Notes: generated by a model from the sequence alone, not told the origin. A DNA stretch of 46,331 nucleotides from Desulfotomaculum sp. (GCA_021129825.1 JAJOKO010000108.1:1-46331); one strand, 5' to 3'. Positions 1 to 8,451 are shown, counted from the stretch's first letter. Numbers and translations: made by a program.

Positions 1-53
1 AGGGGATTAAGGGGAGGGGGGGTTTACCACAAACATACTTTTCGAACACGCAC
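1..53 (+). mobile_element. Right end of a MITE-like element (family A terminus CTTTTCGAACACGCAC at 38-53), cut by the window edge
   Basis: Terminus is identical to the right ends at 15363-15378 and 37144-37159. The subterminal block GGGGATTAAGGGGAGGGGGG matches 16450-16478. Confidence 0.75.
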
Positions 54-61
54 TATTAATT

Positions 62-161
62 AGCTTTCAGCGGTCAGCAGTCAGCTAAAATATTAAAAAC
101 CAAAAAAGATTTTGAACTTGTTTTTTAGCTGACCGCTGATAGCTGATAGCTGACTGCTAAA
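62..161. repeat. Inverted pair of heptamer arrays able to form a long hairpin (left arm 62-90 as TCAGCNN units; right arm 127-161 as five NGCTGAY units)
   Basis: Right arm reads AGCTGAC CGCTGAT AGCTGAT AGCTGAC TGCTAAA. Left arm is the approximate reverse complement. The same unit recurs at 1998-2029 and 17201-17277. Confidence 0.8.
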
Positions 162-169
162 AATTTGAG

Positions 170-811
170 GTGAATAAACTAGTGGTACGGGTTAAAATAT
201 GTGGTATCCGGGACAGTAACACTGCTCAGGCAGTAATAAAATTGGGGGCAGATGCGCTCGGGTTTGTATTTGCTCCCAGTTCCCGGCAAATATCCCCGGA
301 AGAAGCCCGGGAAATTATTTGTTCTTTACCGCCTTTGGTCAGTAAAGTAGGGGTATTTGTAGATGCTTTACCGGCAGAAGTGCGTCGTATTGCCCAATAC
401 TGTTGCTTAGATGTAGTGCAGTTACACGGGGATGAAACACCGCAGTATGTTCAGCAATTAAACTGGCCGGTAACCATTAAAGCTTTCCGGGTTAAAAATG
501 CCGGGGTATTGCGACAAATAGTAGACTACCCGGTGCAAGCAGTGCTGTTAGATACTTATATTCCCGGTGTAGCCGGGGGTAGTGGCCAAACGTTCAACTG
601 GCAGTTGCTGCAAGCAGTACCGGTAAACCGCCCGGTAATACTAGCCGGCGGACTTACCCCGGACAATGTTAATGCTGCTATTCAGGCGGTACAACCTTAT
701 GCGGTAGATGTATCCAGCGGTGTAGAAACCGGCGGCATTAAGGATTTAGAAAAAGTAGCTTTATTTATAAAAAATGCTAAAAAAGGAGCAAATACTAATG
801 AAACAAAATAA
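170..811 (+). CDS. trpF: Phosphoribosylanthranilate isomerase
   Basis: 213-aa ORF with a GTG start. N-terminal VKICGI and C-terminal VDVSSGVE motifs are typical of PRAI. It overlaps the trpB start. Confidence 0.9.
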   Translation: MNKLVVRVKICGIRDSNTAQAVIKLGADALGFVFAPSSRQISPEEAREIICSLPPLVSKVGVFVDALPAEVRRIAQYCCLDVVQLHGDETPQYVQQLNWPVTIKAFRVKNAGVLRQIVDYPVQAVLLDTYIPGVAGGSGQTFNWQLLQAVPVNRPVILAGGLTPDNVNAAIQAVQPYAVDVSSGVETGGIKDLEKVALFIKNAKKGANTNETK

Positions 812-1985
812 ACAGGGCTATTTTGGCAATTACGGCGGGTTTTTTGTACCGGAAACATTGATGCCGGCATTGGAAGAATTAATCGAAAACTACCAAGCAG
901 CCCAAAAAGATCAGCAATTTCATCAAGAACTGAACTACTATTACAGACAATATGTAGGTCGGCCGTCACCGCTGTATTTAGCGGCAGGATTAACCAAACA
1001 CTGCGGCGGCGCTCAAATTTATCTCAAAAGAGAAGACCTTAATCACACCGGAGCTCACAAAATAAATAATACTATTGGGCAAATATTACTGGCCAAAAAA
1101 ATGGGCAAAAAAAGAATTATTGCTGAAACCGGGGCCGGTCAACACGGGGTAGCCACCGCTACCGCTACCGCCTTGTTTGGTATGGAGTGTTTTGTTTACA
1201 TGGGAGAAGAAGATATTCGCCGCCAAGCGTTAAATGTTTTTAAAATGAAGCTTTTAGGAGCGGAAGTGATTAGCGTTAATATTGGCAGTCGCACTTTAAA
1301 GGATGCTATGAATGAAGCTATGCGGGATTGGGTAACTAACGTTGAAAATACTTACTACTGCATTGGCTCGGTGGCCGGACCGCACCCCTACCCACAAATG
1401 GTGCGGGATTTCCAATCAGTCATTGGCACTGAAACCCGCAGACAAATTTTAGAAGATGCCAGTCAGTTACCGGATTATATCATTGCCTGTGTGGGTGGGG
1501 GCAGTAATGCGATGGGTCTGTTTTATCCCTTTTTAAATGATCAAGATGTCAAAATAATCGGTGTAGAAGCAGCCGGGCACGGCGTAGATACTGATCAACA
1601 CGCGGCCACTTTAAATAAAGGTAAACCGGGTGTGCTGCATGGCAGTTACAGTTATATTTTACAAGATCAAAACGGGCAAATAATACCGGTACATTCGGTG
1701 TCTGCCGGGCTAGATTATCCCGGTGTAGGACCGGAGCATAGCCATTTAAAAGATATTGAACGGGTTGTTTATCATTCCGTTACCGATAAAGAAGCACTGG
1801 CTGCTTTTCATTTATTGTGCCGCACTGACGGGATTATCCCGGCACTGGAAAGTGCGCACGCTTTGGCTGAAACGGTCAAGTTGGCCCCAAAACTTGCTAA
1901 AGAAGCGATCATTGTAGTCAACCTTTCTGGACGTGGGGATAAAGATGTCCATACAGTAGCCGAAATAATGGGGGTGGCCTTATAA
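798..1985 (+). CDS. trpB: Tryptophan synthase beta chain
   Basis: Contains the PLP-lysine motif HTGAHKINN and GGGSNAMG. The ATG at 798 is preceded by AAGGAG at 9 nt. The ORF track alternative start is 774. Confidence 0.95.
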   Translation: MKQNKQGYFGNYGGFFVPETLMPALEELIENYQAAQKDQQFHQELNYYYRQYVGRPSPLYLAAGLTKHCGGAQIYLKREDLNHTGAHKINNTIGQILLAKKMGKKRIIAETGAGQHGVATATATALFGMECFVYMGEEDIRRQALNVFKMKLLGAEVISVNIGSRTLKDAMNEAMRDWVTNVENTYYCIGSVAGPHPYPQMVRDFQSVIGTETRRQILEDASQLPDYIIACVGGGSNAMGLFYPFLNDQDVKIIGVEAAGHGVDTDQHAATLNKGKPGVLHGSYSYILQDQNGQIIPVHSVSAGLDYPGVGPEHSHLKDIERVVYHSVTDKEALAAFHLLCRTDGIIPALESAHALAETVKLAPKLAKEAIIVVNLSGRGDKDVHTVAEIMGVAL

Positions 1986-1997
1986 TAAGTGAGTTTT

Positions 1998-2029
1998 AGC
2001 TGATCGCTGACTGCTGACCGCTGATAGCT
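1998..2029 (+). repeat. Unpaired heptamer array directly after the trpB stop (AGCTGAT CGCTGAC TGCTGAC CGCTGAT AGCT)
   Basis: Four and a half tandem 7-nt units preceded by TTTT. Same unit as at 127-161 and 17246-17277. Confidence 0.8.
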
Positions 2030-2139
2030 TGTAATTCAGACTTTAGTACCTCTTTACTTTTTTGTTTTTTAGTTTATAATGTTGTGTAAGTTGCTCGTTG
2101 TACCATGGTAATGTTGTAAATGTTCAATAGGGATAAATT

Positions 2140-2164
2140 CACTGACAGCGGTCAGTGTTTTTTG
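2140..2164 (+). terminator. Rho-independent terminator-like hairpin
   Basis: CACTGAC-AGCG-GTCAGTG followed by TTTTTTG. Confidence 0.7.
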
Positions 2165-2204
2165 AATAATGGGTTGTTTAAAAACTTGAAAAGAGGTGTT
2201 GGGC

Positions 2205-2585
2205 ATGGAAGAAAGACAATTGCTAATGCCAGAAATTAATGAATCAAATATAGGTTTCTTAAAATTAACTAAAATAAAAGGTAGTAATATTACTTTAATT
2301 TTAAATAATTCCCTTGAAGTGGAGCCTTATTTTGATGAACAATCTCAAGAAGTTGTATTTGAAATTCCAGAGTACAATATAATTGCAGTAGGTGTAACCA
2401 GAGAAGAAGCAATACAAGAATTACAAAATGATTTAGTGTGGTTATGGGAAGAATATGTGGAAACACAAGAAAAAAACTTTTCTAAAGATGCAAAGGATTT
2501 AAGGAACTCTTTAAAGCGGTTGATCAAGGGAGTGGAATATAATTGCGAAAAACACAACCGAGAAAAAACGTGGAAAACGCATTGA
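2205..2585 (+). CDS. HicB-like (UPF0150-fold) putative antitoxin
   Basis: The segment FEIPEYNIIAVGVTREEAIQELQNDLVWLWEEY resembles the HicB N-terminal motif (xPxxxGxxxxGxTxEEAxxxxxEA). SD AAGAGGTG precedes the ATG at 2205. It overlaps the next ORF. Confidence 0.5.
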   Translation: MEERQLLMPEINESNIGFLKLTKIKGSNITLILNNSLEVEPYFDEQSQEVVFEIPEYNIIAVGVTREEAIQELQNDLVWLWEEYVETQEKNFSKDAKDLRNSLKRLIKGVEYNCEKHNREKTWKTH

Positions 2586-2842
2586 AAAAGAAAGGTTTTG
2601 AGCAAAGTAACCGTGACCATAAGAAATTCACATATCACACCTTTGAAGGAGAGAAAACGAGCATTTGGACAAAAATTAGTCACGGGACAAGCCACAAAGA
2701 TATATCTAGGGATAATCTGAAAAAGATGGCAAGGCAGTGCCGGCTTGATTTGGAAAGTTTGCATGATTTAATAGATTGCCCGTTAAGTCGTGAAGAATAT
2801 CAAAAAATTCAAATTTCTAGCGGGGATATAAGAACCAACTAG
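2543..2842 (+). CDS. HicA-like putative mRNA interferase toxin with a C-terminal extension
   Basis: ALKKKGFEQSNRDHKKFTY ... SHGTSHKDISRDNLKKMARQCRL resembles the HicA/YcfA pattern (LxxxGFxxxxxxGSHxxF ... HGxKDLxxGTLxxILKQAGL). TTG start at 2543 has SD GGGAGTGG. Alternative GTG start at 2570. Confidence 0.5.
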   Translation: MRKTQPRKNVENALKKKGFEQSNRDHKKFTYHTFEGEKTSIWTKISHGTSHKDISRDNLKKMARQCRLDLESLHDLIDCPLSREEYQKIQISSGDIRTN

Positions 2843-2919
2843 AAGGTGATAATCAAGTCAAATTTATGTTCATGCGGTTTAGCTACATATAGGATTGAGA
2901 GGGGTAGGATTAAATTATA

Positions 2920-3708
2920 ATGAGTAATAGAATTGACGTTTGCTTTGCCAAACTAAAAACCAGTGGTGAAAAGGCTTTTATCCCTTTTATTACCGCGGGA
3001 GATCCTGATTTAGCTACCACTGTAAAACTAGTACAAGCGATGGCTGCTGCCGGGGCAGATATTATTGAACTGGGTGTGCCTTATTCTGAACCGGTAGCTG
3101 ATGGTCCGGTAATTCAAGCTGCTACCCAGCGTTCACTGAAAACCGGTACTACTTTAACTGAAATATTGAAAACAGTGCGGGTAATTCGCCAAACAGCGAC
3201 CGTGCCGTTGGTGCTAATGTCTTATTACAATCCAATCTTACAATACCGCTTGGATAAATTTGTGGCGGATGCAGTAGCGGCCGGTGTAGACGGGGTGATT
3301 GTGCCGGATTTACCGGTTGAAGAAGCCCAACCGTTAGCTCAAGCAGCAGCGGCAGCAGGTTTGCATTTAATTCCACTAGTAGCACCGACCACTACGGATA
3401 ATCGTTTGGTGGCAATCGCCGCTCAAGCGCAAGGATTTATTTACTGTGTATCGATAACCGGGGTGACTGGCGCCCGGCAGCAAGTTAATACGGAAATAGC
3501 AGCACTAACCCGGCGGGTACAGGCGGTATCAACACTGCCGGTGGCGGTAGGTTTTGGTGTATCTACACCGGAACAAGCTGCTGTAGTAGCCAAACAATGT
3601 GATGCGGTTATTGTGGGCAGTGCAATTGTCAAGGTAATTGAGCAAAGCCCCGGCACAGCAGTGAGCCAAGTGGCGGAAATGGTCAAAGAGTTTAAAGCGG
3701 CGTTGTAG
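2920..3708 (+). CDS. trpA: Tryptophan synthase alpha chain
   Basis: Contains FIPFITAGDP, ELGVPYSEPVADGPVIQ and GFGVSTPEQ motifs. Confidence 0.95.
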   Translation: MSNRIDVCFAKLKTSGEKAFIPFITAGDPDLATTVKLVQAMAAAGADIIELGVPYSEPVADGPVIQAATQRSLKTGTTLTEILKTVRVIRQTATVPLVLMSYYNPILQYRLDKFVADAVAAGVDGVIVPDLPVEEAQPLAQAAAAAGLHLIPLVAPTTTDNRLVAIAAQAQGFIYCVSITGVTGARQQVNTEIAALTRRVQAVSTLPVAVGFGVSTPEQAAVVAKQCDAVIVGSAIVKVIEQSPGTAVSQVAEMVKEFKAAL

Positions 3709-3785
3709 AGAGCAGTGAAGAATAAAGATGACTATTTTTTTCAGGGCGGGTATCTGTAACAAATACCTTCAAATAAAAGCATCTC

Positions 3786-3814
3786 TTGACTATTTAACCC
3801 GGAATGGCTATACT
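3786..3814 (+). promoter_or_regulatory. Sigma-A type promoter for mazEF
   Basis: TTGACT (3786-3791), 17-nt spacer, TATACT (3809-3814). It lies 27 nt upstream of the mazE start, which has an AAGGAGG SD. Confidence 0.6.
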
Positions 3815-3840
3815 TTAGATATACATAAGGAGGTGCTTGC

Positions 3841-4089
3841 ATGTATACGAAAATTCAAAAATGGGGTAACAGTCAAGGATTACGTCTTGCCAAGAACGTA
3901 CTGAAAGATGCTCGCCTTGAAGTCGGTAGTGAGGTAAACGTTACAGTACGAGATGGTATTATTACTATCATGCCAATTAGGAAAATTCGTAAGCGGTACT
4001 GCCTTGATGACCTCGTGGCACAAATCCCCGAAGACTACTACACTAGCGAAGTTAATTGGGGGAAACCAGTCGGTAAAGAGGTGTGGTAA
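3841..4089 (+). CDS. mazE: AbrB/MazE/SpoVT-family antitoxin
   Basis: N-terminal KIQKWGNSQGLRLAK swapped-hairpin motif. The stop overlaps the mazF ATG (TAATG). Confidence 0.85.
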   Translation: MYTKIQKWGNSQGLRLAKNVLKDARLEVGSEVNVTVRDGIITIMPIRKIRKRYCLDDLVAQIPEDYYTSEVNWGKPVGKEVW

Positions 4090-4424
4090 TGACGATCTAT
4101 GTTCCGCAGCAAGGTGACATTATTTCCATCACTTTCAACCCCCAGTCCGGACACGAACAAAAAGGTCGCCGACCTGCTTTGGTTGTGAGCAAGGGCATGT
4201 TCAACCGTAGCACTGGCTTGGTTATTGTGTGTCCTTTAACAAACACAGAACGCCGGTTTCCTTTTCATGTACCTGTTCCAGAAAACAGCAATCTGACGGG
4301 GTTTATCATGGTTGAGCAAATCAAGTCGCTCGACTTTAGTACTCGTCGAGCACAGTTCATCGAATATGCCTCAGATGAACTGCTGGCAAATGTGCTATCA
4401 ATATTGGATACTTGCATCTATTAA
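4089..4424 (+). CDS. mazF: MazF/PemK-family endoribonuclease toxin
   Basis: YVPQQGDIISITFNPQSGHEQKGRRPALVVS is typical of the PemK fold. The ORF track offers a GTG at 4083. Confidence 0.85.
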   Translation: MTIYVPQQGDIISITFNPQSGHEQKGRRPALVVSKGMFNRSTGLVIVCPLTNTERRFPFHVPVPENSNLTGFIMVEQIKSLDFSTRRAQFIEYASDELLANVLSILDTCIY

Positions 4425-4470
4425 CTGACCAAAAATCAAGCCAAAAAATTGAAGATTATGACCACTATTT

Positions 4471-5946
4471 TCATTCCAAATCATCCTGGTTATTAATGCG
4501 TGGATGATCAACGACCAGCGATTGTTTACCAGTATACCACTGCATTAAATCTTCGCCTTCTTGCTTAGAAACATCAACGAGTTCAAAATAAGCCATAGAA
4601 GCTAAGTCTAAACCAAAAGTGACTAAATCAACCCGGCGTTGAAACGGTGAATGTCCGATAGTGAGAGATTGCATGCAGTGCCGGGGTACCAGTACCGTGG
4701 TTCTGACGAATAAATTACGAAATCTTACTGCCAGCATATTTTGCTGACAACCCCAGCCGGCATCTTGGTATTGCCACCAACCTGAAAATACTGCTAAAGG
4801 CAACAACAATAGGGTTACCCAACCCCATTCCAACCAAAATATTGCTACCGGTATGCCAGCTAGTGCTAAAGGTGACATCGCTAAAGTAGCCCGGAAGATA
4901 TAGCGGTTACGAGCTATGGTGGGCAGTGTTTCTAAAGGAATATCATAGGCAAATTCCGGCAAAAATTCTTGTAAAAAATTAATCAATTCTCGCCGGCGTA
5001 GCAGTGGCCAAAGCAAGGCTTTTTCGCCGCTTTCCAAAGCATAACCGGCACTTTCTATTTTTAATGCACCGTATCCCCAAGGTTGCCGCATTAATCCTTC
5101 TGTAAAACGTACTGCTTGAATACGCTGTACCGGGATTGATATTTGATGCCGCTCCAATAATCCGTAAACTATTTGCAGACGATCTTCAGCACGGGTGACG
5201 GTAAAGCGACCATATTTAATCACTATGCCAATAACTGCTAATAACCATAAAAATAATAGCACTATAATAGCAAAAATTAACGTAAATAAAATTGATGCTA
5301 CTATTTGTTCGTATATTTGCATAAAATATGCTTGTTCTAAATCCGGTCGCCACCTGATTTGATGAAGTAAAGTAAAGATACCGGAAAAGAAAGCGGCTAC
5401 TAGCCCAAAACCACTGGTGGAAGTTATCCCAAAAATAATCAGTTCCGAAAAAGATATTTTTTTGCTTGCTTTAGGGGTTGCTACGCCGGTTGTTTCTGCT
5501 TCGATTTCTACCGGTTTGGCAGGTAATAATGTTTGACGCAAGTTCTCCGCATCTTGTTTAGCAACAGCAGTAAAAACAGCTTCTGGTTCTGTGCCGCCGG
5601 CTGTTTCAATTTGCACCGTAACTACCCCGAAAAGGCGTTGTAAAATCCCTTGATTAAAATCAATCACTTGAATCCGTTCCCGGGGGATCAAGGTTTTTTT
5701 ACGAACGAATATCCCGCTATGAACATTTAGTTCATTATCTTTAATCTGATAAGTAAAGCGATACCAAGACAGAATACCCCAGCCGGATGCTACTAGAAGT
5801 AGAATTCCCCCGGCTATTAATACCCAAGTTTGAATGCCTTGTGAAACCAGCACAATAACCAATGGTATAATTGAGTTTCTTAATATTTTAACAGCAGATA
5901 ACAGAGCGCCGGCCGGGTGTAAACGACAAGGTTCAAAGCACATCAT
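4471..5946 (-). CDS. ydbT: Membrane protein with three bacterial PH (bPH_2/DUF304) domains, YdbT-like
   Basis: 491 aa with alternating TM pairs and three repeats of the pattern (R)ERIQ.ID..QG...R..G. It overlaps the upstream ydbS-like stop by 14 nt. Confidence 0.75.
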   Translation of the reverse strand: MMCFEPCRLHPAGALLSAVKILRNSIIPLVIVLVSQGIQTWVLIAGGILLLVASGWGILSWYRFTYQIKDNELNVHSGIFVRKKTLIPRERIQVIDFNQGILQRLFGVVTVQIETAGGTEPEAVFTAVAKQDAENLRQTLLPAKPVEIEAETTGVATPKASKKISFSELIIFGITSTSGFGLVAAFFSGIFTLLHQIRWRPDLEQAYFMQIYEQIVASILFTLIFAIIVLLFLWLLAVIGIVIKYGRFTVTRAEDRLQIVYGLLERHQISIPVQRIQAVRFTEGLMRQPWGYGALKIESAGYALESGEKALLWPLLRRRELINFLQEFLPEFAYDIPLETLPTIARNRYIFRATLAMSPLALAGIPVAIFWLEWGWVTLLLLPLAVFSGWWQYQDAGWGCQQNMLAVRFRNLFVRTTVLVPRHCMQSLTIGHSPFQRRVDLVTFGLDLASMAYFELVDVSKQEGEDLMQWYTGKQSLVVDHPRINNQDDLE

Positions 5947-6415
5947 CGGACACCTGCGCTAAACTGGAAATATGCTGACTAAGAGCACTGGCTGTTTCTG
6001 TTGCCAGTGCTGGTATTTCGTGGGCACCAGTCGCAGTAGAAATAGTTACAGTAGCCAAATCGTAATGACGCATTAATATCCCTTGCAGGGTATCCACATG
6101 CTGTACCCGTGCCAGTGGAATAAGAGTACGTTCCACAATCCATACCCCGCGCTGCAAGTCGATTTCATTTTCGGTAATTTCATAACGCCAGCGTTGCCAG
6201 CGCAATCGAGGCAATACCAATATCTCTAAAATACCATGTAAAATCACTAAGACTGCTGGGATTATTAAAATCCAGTGAGACCATTCCAGTAGGATTATTA
6301 AGGCGGCAGCAGCACCAAAAACAATAATGCTCAATATGGCAGTGCCAATACCACCGTGAATTTGCCATAATTTCAAAGCTCGTAAATCAAGTTTTTCTTT
6401 GGGTTCGGGACGCAT
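5933..6415 (-). CDS. ydbS: Single bPH_2-domain membrane protein, YdbS-like
   Basis: Two TM helices followed by LIPLARVQHVDTLQGILMRHYDLATV. The ATG at 6415 is preferred because the ORF-track TTG at 6427 abuts the SD. Confidence 0.7.
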   Translation of the reverse strand: MRPEPKEKLDLRALKLWQIHGGIGTAILSIIVFGAAAALIILLEWSHWILIIPAVLVILHGILEILVLPRLRWQRWRYEITENEIDLQRGVWIVERTLIPLARVQHVDTLQGILMRHYDLATVTISTATGAHEIPALATETASALSQHISSLAQVSDDVL

Positions 6416-6645
6416 TGATGTAAACAACTCCTTTTTTTAATGGGACACTAAAAGACATATTAGATTATATTTCTTGAATAAAACTGATTTTCCTGCTGAA
6501 AAATATCAAAATTATATTTATGTTGTTAGTATATCTCCATAAAACAAAATCAGTACAAATGATCAAAAGTAGTAGTTTTTTTATGATATACTATAATTAA
6601 TAATAATTGGTAAAATTAAAACACTAAAGAGGAGTTGAACGCAAT

Positions 6646-7008
6646 ATGGTGAAGACAAAATATTTCTCAACCCACCTACTTGACAAGGCCTTAGCCAAAA
6701 ATAAAGCAGTGAGGGAACATAAAAGACAGCAACAATTAGCTCTTGTTTTTGAAGCTATTGACAAGCTGTCTAGCAGAGTTTCCTTTGAAAAAAGTTATGT
6801 TTTTGGTTCTTTGGTTAAGCCGGATTGTTTTTTGAAAAACTCTGATATTGATATCGCCTTTGAAGGCTTAAGTAATAGAGAATTCTTTCCGACAATCACT
6901 TTTCTTGCCAGTGAGTTAGATGCAGAAATAGATGTTATCCAAATGGAAGGTCACCCTTTGCGGGATATAATTGTTCAGGAGGGAATTGAATGGAAACAGA
7001 AAAGTTGA
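6646..7008 (+). CDS. Minimal nucleotidyltransferase (MNT-type antitoxin)
   Basis: Contains the GS...DxD motif (VFGSLVKPDCFLKNSDIDIAF). It overlaps the downstream HEPN gene by 19 nt. Confidence 0.8.
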   Translation: MVKTKYFSTHLLDKALAKNKAVREHKRQQQLALVFEAIDKLSSRVSFEKSYVFGSLVKPDCFLKNSDIDIAFEGLSNREFFPTITFLASELDAEIDVIQMEGHPLRDIIVQEGIEWKQKS

Positions 7009-7442
7009 GCCTATTTAAAGCTTTAGTTAATAATCAAAAGGAAGAAATTGAGCATATTTTTATTAAAATAGAGCAGAGACGGACTGGAGAGGGGGCAGTT
7101 AATTTAGAAAGCCTTGCTTATCAACTGCATAATTTATATTGTGCTTTTGAAGATTTATTTAAAATCATTGCCAAGTTTTTTGAGAATCATATTGAAGATA
7201 AAAGCAAATATCACCGGGAGCTTCTTTGGAGGATGAAAATTTCGATTGAAGGAATCAGACCTGCTTTATTATCTAAAACAAGCTATAAATTACTTGATTC
7301 TCTCAGAGCATTTCGTCATGTTTTTAGGCATGCTTATTCCTATGAACTTGATCAACAGAAGGTAGCTATAATAGTGGAAGATGTTCTTAAACTAAAAGAT
7401 TTGTATCAAAAAGAAATCGATCATTTTTTAAAACAATTTTAG
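6990..7442 (+). CDS. HEPN-domain protein (HepT-like putative RNase toxin)
   Basis: All-helical 150-aa protein with an Rx4H motif in RAFRHVFRHAYSYELD, paired with the MNT gene. Confidence 0.7.
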   Translation: METEKLSLFKALVNNQKEEIEHIFIKIEQRRTGEGAVNLESLAYQLHNLYCAFEDLFKIIAKFFENHIEDKSKYHRELLWRMKISIEGIRPALLSKTSYKLLDSLRAFRHVFRHAYSYELDQQKVAIIVEDVLKLKDLYQKEIDHFLKQF

Positions 7443-7541
7443 ATTTTTTAAAAAAAATCTTCATTTCCTACTTGCTTTCAGAAAAACATTTGTTGTTTAG
7501 GGGCTTTTCGAAGAACACTTAAAGTTAGGGGTGTACGATTT

Positions 7542-8207
7542 GTGAATATACAATTTTTAAAAAACCATCTTTCAAACAAAATTTTGACTATCAGTATAAT
7601 AATCACGTTGATTATTATCTATGGAGTGGCATTTTTACAGCCCTTTGCTTACGGTATTCGGTATAAGATTGTTTGGTCTCAGGATCTTTGGTCTGAGTAT
7701 CCGATAACTAGAGATTTTCTCACAATTGGAGAGATGCTCCAGTTTTTAAAGATTGCGCCCTTTGATTTTCTACTCTTAGGAGGTCTGCCGGTATTTCTTG
7801 TGTGCGGTACAGCCTTTTTTTACCATCTCTTTTACCGTCTCAGGTGCAGAAGCGGAAAGCAATCTTTGAGTTATCTAAAAACCTTATTAGACGCAACTTT
7901 GATTTTCGCACCAATTACTATTGGAACATGCTTGGGGTTATTATTTGAGTTTTCGCTTGTTGCCAGTGCCCTCCTTGGTGATGCTCCCCTCACCATCTTC
8001 TTTACTTTATTCGCTGTCTTCATTGCGGGTTCTTTATGGTTTTATAAATTGCGGTCACTCTGGCTGGTTTGTGTTGGAAAAATATCTAACCATGGTTACA
8101 TATGGTTATTTTTAATTACAATAAGCTTTTGTTTTTTTTATGTATTTTTGATGGTTCTTGCTATCTTCAATCTCTCGGATATGGTCAGAGCAATTGAAAT
8201 TACTTAA
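7542..8207 (+). CDS. Hypothetical polytopic membrane protein (about 5 TM), no recognised family
   Basis: 221-aa ORF with a GTG start, hydrophobic segments and an AT-rich composition. Confidence 0.55.
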   Translation: MNIQFLKNHLSNKILTISIIITLIIIYGVAFLQPFAYGIRYKIVWSQDLWSEYPITRDFLTIGEMLQFLKIAPFDFLLLGGLPVFLVCGTAFFYHLFYRLRCRSGKQSLSYLKTLLDATLIFAPITIGTCLGLLFEFSLVASALLGDAPLTIFFTLFAVFIAGSLWFYKLRSLWLVCVGKISNHGYIWLFLITISFCFFYVFLMVLAIFNLSDMVRAIEIT

Positions 8208-8245
8208 AATTTAATGAGGAATTTAGGGAGTTGAATATTCCAAAA

Positions 8246-8266
8246 AACTGACCGCTAAATACTAAC
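8246..8266 (+). repeat. Degenerate heptamer array (AACTGAC CGCTAAA TACTAAC)
   Basis: Three units in 7-nt register, 39 nt after the stop of the membrane protein gene. Confidence 0.4.
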
Positions 8267-8396
8267 CTTGCTGGGAGTGGTGCGAAAAGAGTATGAAACA
8301 GTGTAGGTGCTTTGCTAAAAGTTAACATAAGGCATATTAGCGGAACCAACAAAAATAGCAAATTTTTAATTTGTTTGTAAAACTTTAGATTATATT

Positions 8397-8451
8397 AATA
8401 TAATTTTAATATAATTTTAATATAATTTTAATATAATTTTAATATAATTTT
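8397..8451. repeat. Five perfect tandem copies of the 11-bp unit AATATAATTTT
   Basis: Counted directly. Each unit contains TATAAT. Partial copies flank the array, which ends 77 bp upstream of the EAL/GGDEF gene start. Confidence 0.95.

Noticed and set aside
62-2029. Heptamer arrays near trpF and trpB considered as TRAP (trp RNA-binding attenuation protein) binding sites
   Set aside because: TRAP sites are GAG/UAG triplets with 2-3 nt spacers (a 5-6 nt period). Here the period is strictly 7, the conserved word is CTGA, and the arrays also occur at ytaF, pyk, polA and elsewhere.
2196-2842. The two overlapping small ORFs considered as one frameshifted gene
   Set aside because: Each has its own plausible SD and start. 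The overlap is typical of coupled TA pairs, and the two halves resemble different families (HicB-like and HicA-like).
7470-7520. GGGGCTTTTCGAAGAACACTT considered as a relic A-type MITE end between the HEPN gene and the membrane protein gene
   Set aside because: Only about 12 of 17 terminal bases match, and there is no recognisable subterminal core. It is too degenerate to call without genome-wide alignment.
8270-8340. GTGGTGCGAAAAGAGTATGAAACAGTGTAGGTGC considered as a deleted A-type left end
   Set aside because: It needs a 4-nt deletion inside the TIR, and the downstream similarity is weak. It is not distinguishable from chance by eye.
8397-8451. Tandem repeat considered as a CRISPR array
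   Set aside because: The unit is only 11 bp, the copies are contiguous without spacers, and no cas genes are present. It is a simple AT-rich tandem repeat.
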